The translations under genes and the position numbers were made by a program. A stretch of 18,455 nt of DNA from positions 1-18,455 of IMG/VR virus record IMGVR_UViG_3300045988_061742; one strand, given 5' to 3'. This stretch comes from a virus. Below are positions 1 to 5,249 of this stretch, piece by piece (the stretch's first letter is position 1; every line of letters begins with the position of its first letter). The notes beneath the pieces were generated by a model that was not told where the DNA came from, searched no databases, and was given only the letters and a program-made list of their open reading frames with translations.

Positions 1-119
1 GTTGTGTTTCAGTATTTTGTTTTGTTTTGTTTTCGGGCGTGTCGCCGTTTTGTTTGTGTTATATTGTAGTTATCCGATTCAAGGGGAAGGAAAAATAAAA
101 TGCTAACTTTACCGCACAT
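1..119. repeat. Left inverted terminal repeat (ITR), 119 bp
   Basis: Bases 1-119 are the exact reverse complement of 18337-18455; the match breaks at position 120 (a versus g). The outer half is GT-rich, with (TTTTG)x3 at 15-29 and the terminal sequence GTTGTGTTT. ITRs exactly at both window ends fit a complete linear protein-primed genome. Confidence 0.97.
57..65 (+). promoter_or_regulatory. Candidate extended -10 promoter inside the ITR (TGtTATATT), inward-facing; mirrored on the - strand at 18391-18399
   Basis: TG at 57-58, one spacer base, then TATATT at 60-65. An SD-like GGGGAAGG (83-90) and an ATG (100) follow. This matches the TGnTATAAT class seen at other gene-module boundaries in this genome. 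No -35 box is evident. Confidence 0.3.
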
Positions 120-195
120 ATTCTCTCGCATGAGACTTGTGAAAGATACACCTGCGGTTACGTTTTTGCTTGCCAAGCGTGCTGAAAGGGGGTAG
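100..195 (+). CDS. Hypothetical 31-aa ORF that starts inside the left ITR (MLTLPHIFSRMRLVKDTPAVTFLLAKRAERG)
   Basis: ATG at 100 lies 9 nt after the GGGGAAGG SD and the stop TAG is at 193-195. It is below the ORF-track size cutoff and was found by manual translation. It is very short and has no recognisable homology. Confidence 0.2.
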   Translation: MLTLPHIFSRMRLVKDTPAVTFLLAKRAERG

Positions 196-200
196 TTGAC

Positions 201-269
201 ATGTTCGCTTCTGTTCTCGTTATCTGCGCGTGTATTGTTGGTGTTGTTGTCGTTTTTGGAATGATATAG
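201..269 (+). CDS. Hypothetical 22-aa hydrophobic micro-ORF (MFASVLVICACIVGVVVVFGMI)
   Basis: ATG at 201 is preceded by AAGGGGG (186-192). The product is almost entirely hydrophobic, about one TM helix long. Found by manual translation. Confidence 0.25.
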   Translation: MFASVLVICACIVGVVVVFGMI

Positions 270-324
270 GGGACCTTATGTTTGGTGCAATACAGTTTAT
301 TCTTTGTTTGGCTGGACTCGTTAG

Positions 325-534
325 TTGTTGGGAGTGGTTGCTTTGGTGGTCTTCCGGTTCATTGGATGCGCGATTCTGTTTTTCGCGTTTGTGGTGGGCA
401 TTTCTCTCGCCGTTGTCGGCTTGAGTGATTCCATGCACGATGATTTTCGTGAGGCGATGTCCCTTATTGCCATTACGGTGACATTGTGTTTGGTCGCCGC
501 CGCTCTACTGATTTTTCTTTCGACATGTGATTAG
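325..534 (+). CDS. Small multi-TM membrane protein, function unknown (start uncertain; TTG 343 or GTG 346 after GGGAG is possible)
   Basis: The translation has two to three hydrophobic helices (VVALVVFRFIGCAILFFAFVVGISLAVVGL ... LIAITVTLCLVAAALLIFL) with plausible codon usage. The overlapping alternative frame 230/278..424 is Trp-rich after its first ~20 aa and looks less protein-like. Confidence 0.45.
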   Translation: MLGVVALVVFRFIGCAILFFAFVVGISLAVVGLSDSMHDDFREAMSLIAITVTLCLVAAALLIFLSTCD

Positions 535-539
535 GAAGG

Positions 540-770
540 ATGATTAAAATGCGTTATGGTGATATTCGTGTTGGAAAATTCAACAGCCCACACATGGGGG
601 GTGACGTGCGTATTGAATACTGCACACACCAACATCTGTTTTACTTGGCGTACGGTCTGACTACAGGAGTCGCGCGGTGTGGTTATGACCCTACGAAAGC
701 GAACGAAATGCGTGCTATGGTGCTGGACGCTATGGACATCGCGGCCAAACCACTCAAGGAAAGGGTCTAA
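540..770 (+). CDS. Hypothetical early protein (76 aa; the second ATG at 549 has better SD spacing)
   Basis: ORF on the + strand. AGGAAGG (533-539) abuts ATG 540 and lies 9 nt before ATG 549. Tightly packed with neighbouring genes. No motif recognised. Confidence 0.6.
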   Translation: MIKMRYGDIRVGKFNSPHMGGDVRIEYCTHQHLFYLAYGLTTGVARCGYDPTKANEMRAMVLDAMDIAAKPLKERV

Positions 771-772
771 CC

Positions 773-976
773 ATGTATTTTCGCGGTTGGATACACTCAT
801 GGCTGTGTGGCACGTGTCCGGACGCTGATAGGTATTGGCGGTTGCGCGCGTTCTGGGCTGGCAGACAGCATAAGCGGAGCGCCACCAATCCGCCAAAACG
901 CTGCCCCGACCGGCAATTGTGGGCGGACATGTGGATATATGGTGACAGTGACTTCGTTGACGAATTGGAGGTTTAG
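773..976 (+). CDS. Hypothetical early protein (67 aa, Trp/Arg/Cys-rich)
   Basis: SD AAGGAAAGGG (756-765) lies 7 nt before ATG 773. It starts 2 nt after the previous stop and ends 2 nt before the next ATG. The unusual composition (7 Trp) lowers confidence. Confidence 0.45.
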   Translation: MYFRGWIHSWLCGTCPDADRYWRLRAFWAGRQHKRSATNPPKRCPDRQLWADMWIYGDSDFVDELEV

Positions 977-978
977 GC

Positions 979-1155
979 ATGTATAGCACTTTCGTGGCTC
1001 TCGCATATTTGAGGGATGCGCACAAACCGCCTATCGAAGTCGGTTACGCGCCATCATATAAGGATGCTGCGGACTTGATTAAACGGTGGGCGGCTATCCG
1101 CTCCCATACTGAGAATATCAGCTATTTTCGCGTCGAGGAACGATACTATGTTTAG
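979..1155 (+). CDS. Hypothetical early protein (58 aa, below ORF-track cutoff): MYSTFVALAYLRDAHKPPIEVGYAPSYKDAADLIKRWAAIRSHTENISYFRVEERYYV
   Basis: Found by manual translation. GGAGG lies just upstream of ATG 979. The 3' end overlaps the next gene's start (1148) by 8 nt, which suggests translational coupling. Composition is ordinary. Confidence 0.55.
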   Translation: MYSTFVALAYLRDAHKPPIEVGYAPSYKDAADLIKRWAAIRSHTENISYFRVEERYYV

Positions 1156-1666
1156 GCGCGGTGATGACAGACGTCCAATTTATCGCATGCGTGACTTCGA
1201 TGATTCCATCATGGAAAGCAAGCGTATTGTCCGCGCGACAAAAGGGTATAGGCGTGAGCTGAATTTGAAGCGGTTCGACATGGGGTTGGGTGATTTTGAA
1301 ACGTGTTGTCGTGCCGTGAACATGCTGTGTGAATTGTGGCGTGACGCGCCTAGCGCATGGTTTCCGCAAGCGGTGGTCATGGTGTCACAGATTGCGGGCA
1401 GTCTCTCTATGTGGGATGGACTCGCCGCCGCCCTATCTCGAACGTTCGACGTGGAATATTTGGACGGCTCCGTCAATCCGCCTAACTTGATTGCATGGTG
1501 TGCGGTGTGTGCGGTCAAGGGTGGCACGTCGTATGACTGTTGCACGGTTTTTGACAACCCGCAAGCGCAAAACTTGATTATTGCTTCGTTTAAAAATTTT
1601 GACAGACTGGACATGACTCGTTATACTGATAGTGATTTAGAAAAAATCTTACTGCAAGGGAGGTAA
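1148..1666 (+). CDS. Hypothetical early protein (172 aa, Cys-rich clusters CC...C and C..C...CC)
   Basis: GAGGAA (1135-1140) lies 7 nt before the ATG. It is the long ORF in the co-directional early operon. No family recognised by eye. Confidence 0.7.
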   Translation: MFRRGDDRRPIYRMRDFDDSIMESKRIVRATKGYRRELNLKRFDMGLGDFETCCRAVNMLCELWRDAPSAWFPQAVVMVSQIAGSLSMWDGLAAALSRTFDVEYLDGSVNPPNLIAWCAVCAVKGGTSYDCCTVFDNPQAQNLIIASFKNFDRLDMTRYTDSDLEKILLQGR

Positions 1667-1669
1667 AAA

Positions 1670-1984
1670 TTGGCTAGAACCAAAATCGATATATTCCGTA
1701 CGCGCGTCTATGCCGTGCTCAAAGGCATGGAATTGGTGGATGGCGATTTTATGGAAGCCGAACACGTTATCGACGGACGCTTGAAGGATGCACGCGCGTA
1801 TTCGATTCGTGCGAAGAGACTGTTCCCGAATTTCATTCCGCGTTCTATTGAAATTTTTTCGCAAAAAGTCTCTATGAACGAGGAAACTTTCTACAAGTAT
1901 GCAACCTTTGAGGAACCGCAGAAGTGGAACCCTGAAGAGCATACAAAACGACACGCCGACGTTAAAAATAATGAAGACGTGTGA
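1670..1984 (+). CDS. Hypothetical early protein (104 aa; possible helix-turn-helix around SIEIFSQKVSMNEETFYKYA)
   Basis: TTG start at 1670 lies 7 nt after GGGAGG. The charged C-terminus and a weak HTH-like segment are the only hints to function. Confidence 0.65.
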   Translation: MARTKIDIFRTRVYAVLKGMELVDGDFMEAEHVIDGRLKDARAYSIRAKRLFPNFIPRSIEIFSQKVSMNEETFYKYATFEEPQKWNPEEHTKRHADVKNNEDV

Positions 1985-1990
1985 TATAAA
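1982..1990 (+). promoter_or_regulatory. Candidate extended -10 promoter TGaTATAAA upstream of the SSB-like gene
   Basis: The TG-n-TATAAA box overlaps the stop codon of the preceding ORF. The predicted start (~1997) falls in a 7-bp stem with a GCAA tetraloop (1995-2012). Confidence 0.35.
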
Positions 1991-2046
1991 AGATTTTAGG
2001 CGCAAGCCTGAAAACAAAATAACAACAATCTAGGAAAGGTTAAACA

Positions 2047-2484
2047 ATGGAAAACAACAACAATACCGCACTCGTCGCATTCAACACCGAAAACACCGAA
2101 CTCGGCACCGTCCAGCACTTTATCGACACTTCGACCCGTGAAGGCAAAATCAAGCTTTACAGCGCATTGCAGAACGCCGAAAAGCTTGACGAACACCTCA
2201 ACGAGCCGTTGAACATGACGAACGCAGTCGCGCAGGCAGTGCAGGTGACTGACGACCAGACGGGAGAAATCTCCAATACCGTGCGCGTCATTATCGTGAC
2301 CGACGACAACAAGGCGTACGCGGCCACCTCCCCGACTCTCGCCGCCGGACTTAACACCATGTTCGGCATCTTCGGCACGCCGAACACTTGGACGGAACCG
2401 CTGTGCATTAAAGTGGTGGAACGCCGCTCTCGCCGCGGGTTCAAGTTTTTCAGCATTGAGCCGGTGGATGAGGAAGCCAAGTGA
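2047..2484 (+). CDS. Putative ssDNA-binding / replication accessory protein (145 aa)
   Basis: Lies immediately upstream of the terminal-protein and polymerase genes, where phi29-type phages encode SSB/DBP. The layout (acidic N-terminal half, central beta-rich segment, C-terminal WTEP..IKVVERRSRRGFKFFSIEP) resembles, from memory, the phage SSB family typified by lactococcal phage SSBs. It has its own promoter-like box and a downstream hairpin. The coding call is strong; the function is tentative. Confidence 0.5.
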   Translation: MENNNNTALVAFNTENTELGTVQHFIDTSTREGKIKLYSALQNAEKLDEHLNEPLNMTNAVAQAVQVTDDQTGEISNTVRVIIVTDDNKAYAATSPTLAAGLNTMFGIFGTPNTWTEPLCIKVVERRSRRGFKFFSIEPVDEEAK

Positions 2485-2490
2485 GCGGCT

Positions 2491-2499
2491 TGCTATAAT
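2491..2499 (+). promoter_or_regulatory. Candidate extended -10 promoter TGcTATAAT upstream of the TP-polymerase genes
   Basis: Perfect TG-n-TATAAT box 7 nt after the SSB-like stop codon. No clear -35 box. Confidence 0.4.
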
Positions 2500-2521
2500 C
2501 GTTAGGTAGCGTTCGTTCATA

Positions 2522-2547
2522 GAGAGCACCCAGCCTTGGGTGCTCTC
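2522..2547 (+). terminator. Perfect 11-bp stem-loop (GAGAGCACCCA-gcct-TGGGTGCTCTC) with no U-tract; attenuator or 5'-UTR structure
   Basis: Inverted repeat 2522-2532 / 2537-2547 with a 4-nt loop, followed by GCCATCTT rather than a T-run. It lies between the SSB-like gene and the putative TP gene, downstream of the 2491 box. Confidence 0.35.
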
Positions 2548-2569
2548 GCCATCTTAAGGACTGTGCCAT

Positions 2570-3532
2570 ATGTCTCGGAAGCAAAAGCATGTCAAGGCAC
2601 GTCAGGCCGCGCAGGCACGCGCCGCCCGCAACATCAAACAACTAGGCTCTTACTCACACTCGAATCTCGCCAAAACCGCCGACAAACAACTAGTCAACAT
2701 CGCCAAAACCTTAGGCAAAGAGTGGGAGCGTCAGAAGAAACAGGCGGTAGCGGAAGCGAAAGCAACCACCTATCATTCCACCGCCGTGGAGAAACCGACG
2801 AAAAAAGACATCATGTTCGCCCAGCGCACGCCAATCACGGACGCGCAGATCAGCGCGGAACCGGTGGCGAAACGACGTAAACTGCTCAGACAGCAGCAGC
2901 GGAAAATCAATGCGGCACGACGGAAAATCAACGAATGGAACAAATCTCAAGCCATGCCTGCAAAAAGCGTGTACGAGCAACGTGTGGCCGAAATCACCGG
3001 CACCACCGGTGAAGGTTTTGGACGTAACCAGATCATCCCGTCGAAGCTCACCGATTTTCTTCAAATGACGAACGTGCTGTCAGATGAGGCTTTTGTTCGC
3101 TCCCAATTGGAAAGCGGCCACCGTGACGAACTGCTTGAGCAGATGCATGACGCCGCCGAAATACTAGGGTTGCGTACCGAACGGAAAGGCAGACCGTCCA
3201 AAAAGCGGGGAACCGGCAGACAGGCCAAAGACTTGTACGGTGAGCATGAATGGCCGTCATACATGTCACGCGGACGCTACGAAGTGTTCGAGAAGATTCT
3301 GGCAACCACGCTCGGCTCGAAACGGTTGAAACGATTCCGCAGCCTGTCCGCCGCGCAAAAACGCGCGTTCATCGAACAGACCGACGCCCCCCGTATTGTG
3401 TTCGACTGGACGGTATACGACCCGGTTCGGCACGGTTTCACATCGATATTCCGAAACAATGGTGAGGGTTATCAGCGTTCCCGCAAGCAGTTTGACAGGT
3501 GGATGACGGAAGCGGGCGCACTGGAAAAGTAG
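2570..3532 (+). CDS. Putative terminal protein (TP) for protein-primed replication (320 aa, very basic)
   Basis: It sits directly upstream of, and co-oriented with, the protein-primed polymerase, as the TP gene does in phi29-type genomes. It is Lys/Arg-rich (KRRKLLRQQQRKINAARRKINEW). The genome has ITRs, so a TP is required. The assignment is positional; no sequence similarity was recognised by eye. Confidence 0.5.
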   Translation: MSRKQKHVKARQAAQARAARNIKQLGSYSHSNLAKTADKQLVNIAKTLGKEWERQKKQAVAEAKATTYHSTAVEKPTKKDIMFAQRTPITDAQISAEPVAKRRKLLRQQQRKINAARRKINEWNKSQAMPAKSVYEQRVAEITGTTGEGFGRNQIIPSKLTDFLQMTNVLSDEAFVRSQLESGHRDELLEQMHDAAEILGLRTERKGRPSKKRGTGRQAKDLYGEHEWPSYMSRGRYEVFEKILATTLGSKRLKRFRSLSAAQKRAFIEQTDAPRIVFDWTVYDPVRHGFTSIFRNNGEGYQRSRKQFDRWMTEAGALEK

Positions 3533-3560
3533 CGGACGAGCAAGCAAGGGAAGTTATACC

Positions 3561-5015
3561 ATGACCAAGCCAGATAACAGAGTGGGACTGTGGTGCGCGG
3601 ATAACGTCATACGCTTTACGGACGGCGCCGTCCTGCGTGACGTCACCGCGCCCAACCGCCTTTTGGCGTCCATTATGTCAGGCGGCAAACTCACCGTCTA
3701 CATGACCGATCCAGAATTACTTGAACCGTTTATCGCACACGTCGTACACTCCCTCCCTCACAACGAACACAACTCCAACCTGAGTTGGGACGCGATCGTC
3801 TCGAAAAAAGGCAAGTTTTTCAGCTTTAGCGTGCGTATCGACCGCGAAAATTCCGCCCGCTTTTTTGACATATCGAATCTTTTACGTGAGAACTGCCGTA
3901 TCACCATGACCGACACGCAATTGCTCAACATCCTGAGGGAATACGATGATCGTGGCTTATGCAAAATAACGGCGGGCGGTGCGAGCATGGAGGCGTTCGC
4001 GTCCGGCGAGTGGAAATGGTATTACGACAAATTCCCACAACTTGAGAACGAAACTAAAAAGTCATTGCATGACGCCTATATCGGTGGTTTCATGCTCGTC
4101 AAAGAAGGGGCGTATGGCAAGGCCATCGACGTTGACTGCAATTCCATGTACCCGTCCATATTGCGAGATGAATGGCTTCCGTGGGGCGAACCGGAACCAT
4201 ACGAAGGCAAATACATCCAAGATGATGACGACATGCCGTTGCATTGTGACGAACTCACGTTCCGCGCGGAATTGAAGCCGGACGGATACCCTTTTCTGCT
4301 CGACAATCGAAGTGTGTATGGACTCAACCGACTCACCTCGACACGCGGTTACGTCACGCGCGTACTCACCGACATCGACCAGGAACTGCTTTATCGGAAT
4401 TATGACGTGAGCGTCTACAGGCATGTCAGGGGGTGGAAATTCAGGCGCTCAAAAGGCTTCTTCCGCTCGTTCGTTGATGAATGGGGGGAACTGAAACAAC
4501 AATCGACCGGCGAGAAAAAGCAGATGGCGAAACTAATCATGAACGCCCTCGTAGGCAAAATGGCGAGTCTGTCAAAAGGCGCCGTCATGCTACCAACCTC
4601 ACAAGATGGCGTCACGTTGGACTGGACTATCGGACAGCGTGAGGAATCGAACCTGAAAACCGACTATCTGCCCGTGCCGGTGTGGGTCAACGCCTATGCC
4701 CGTCGAAAGCTTATGGACGTGTGTCATGCGAACGCCGACCGGCTACTGTATGCGAACACGGACGGTTGTATTTTAAGTGGTTGGGAGCCGGTGAGGTCAT
4801 GTGACATACACCCCACCGAACTTGGAAAGTGGAAAATCGCCGCACGATACGAGAAACTGACCATCCTCGGAATGAACCGTTATCAGGGATGGCGGGATGA
4901 CGGTGAAACGGACGTTTGCATGGCCGGAAACATGTTCACGAAACCTATTCCATACGGACAATTCCGGCATGGAACACAAGTCATGGATGATTATGGCACA
5001 ATGGTCGTGTTATAA
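3561..5015 (+). CDS. Protein-primed family-B DNA polymerase (484 aa, compact and divergent)
   Basis: YxGG-like YIGG (aa 173-176); motif A DCNSMYPS (aa 192-199); motif B KLIMNALVGK (aa 324-333); motif C YANTDG (aa 397-402). Motif A-to-B and B-to-C spacings (~132 and ~77 aa) match phi29 polymerase with its TPR1/TPR2 insertions. An ExoII-like NLSWD lies at aa 73-77. Confidence 0.9.
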   Translation: MTKPDNRVGLWCADNVIRFTDGAVLRDVTAPNRLLASIMSGGKLTVYMTDPELLEPFIAHVVHSLPHNEHNSNLSWDAIVSKKGKFFSFSVRIDRENSARFFDISNLLRENCRITMTDTQLLNILREYDDRGLCKITAGGASMEAFASGEWKWYYDKFPQLENETKKSLHDAYIGGFMLVKEGAYGKAIDVDCNSMYPSILRDEWLPWGEPEPYEGKYIQDDDDMPLHCDELTFRAELKPDGYPFLLDNRSVYGLNRLTSTRGYVTRVLTDIDQELLYRNYDVSVYRHVRGWKFRRSKGFFRSFVDEWGELKQQSTGEKKQMAKLIMNALVGKMASLSKGAVMLPTSQDGVTLDWTIGQREESNLKTDYLPVPVWVNAYARRKLMDVCHANADRLLYANTDGCILSGWEPVRSCDIHPTELGKWKIAARYEKLTILGMNRYQGWRDDGETDVCMAGNMFTKPIPYGQFRHGTQVMDDYGTMVVL

Positions 5016-5016
5016 T
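5008..5016 (+). promoter_or_regulatory. Candidate extended -10 promoter TGtTATAAT overlapping the polymerase stop codon
   Basis: Perfect TG-n-TATAAT box. The predicted start is near 5023, and a strong terminator lies ~140 nt downstream with no credible ORF between. Confidence 0.4.
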
Positions 5017-5022
5017 GTCCAT

Positions 5023-5193
5023 GTCTTCTTGAGCATTGATTTTCGACTGGGAATGACATGGGTCGGATCGCCACGGCTGAGAATGCCGCCGGCTATGGAG
5101 TCGCTACTGTGGCGGTAGCGCCCTACGATTTTCGACTTGATGCTCACATAGGACATTTAGACCTCCGCGTGATTGCGGAGGTCATTTTATTTT
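5023..5193 (+). ncRNA. Candidate ~170-nt structured small RNA (possible pRNA-like packaging RNA); alternatively just the 3' UTR of the early operon
   Basis: A non-coding stretch in an otherwise compact genome, with its own promoter-like box and a terminator. Hand folding gives a 5'/3' closing helix (5021-5039 with 5137-5156), two internal hairpins and a 6-nt loop-bulge complementarity (CGCCAC 5069-5074 / GTGGCG 5109-5114). Details are in the findings. Confidence 0.35.
5160..5193 (+). terminator. Rho-independent terminator ending the early/replication module
   Basis: GACCTCCGC (5160-5168), loop GTGATT, GCGGAGGTC (5175-5183), then ATTTTATTTT. Confidence 0.85.
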
Positions 5194-5202
5194 CCCGTCG
5201 CA

Positions 5203-5211
5203 TGATATAAT
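5203..5211 (+). promoter_or_regulatory. Candidate late promoter, extended -10 TGaTATAAT
   Basis: Perfect TG-n-TATAAT box 10 nt after the terminator T-run and ~39 nt before the first late gene (SD TAAGGAG, ATG 5250). Confidence 0.5.
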
Positions 5212-5249
5212 TTTGAAGGAAAGATTCTACCAACGTAAGGAGAATTTGC

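Noticed and set aside
2536-2880. Alternative-frame 114-aa ORF at the start of the putative TP gene
   Set aside because: It is Arg/Gln/Thr-rich low complexity in a frame overlapping the much longer 320-aa ORF. The 2570 ATG has an SD (AAGGA) at a suitable distance.
4897-5118. 73-aa + strand ORF spanning the polymerase 3' end and the following intergenic region
   Set aside because: It overlaps the polymerase in another frame, has no SD and has an odd composition. The non-coding part is better explained as structured RNA or 3' UTR.
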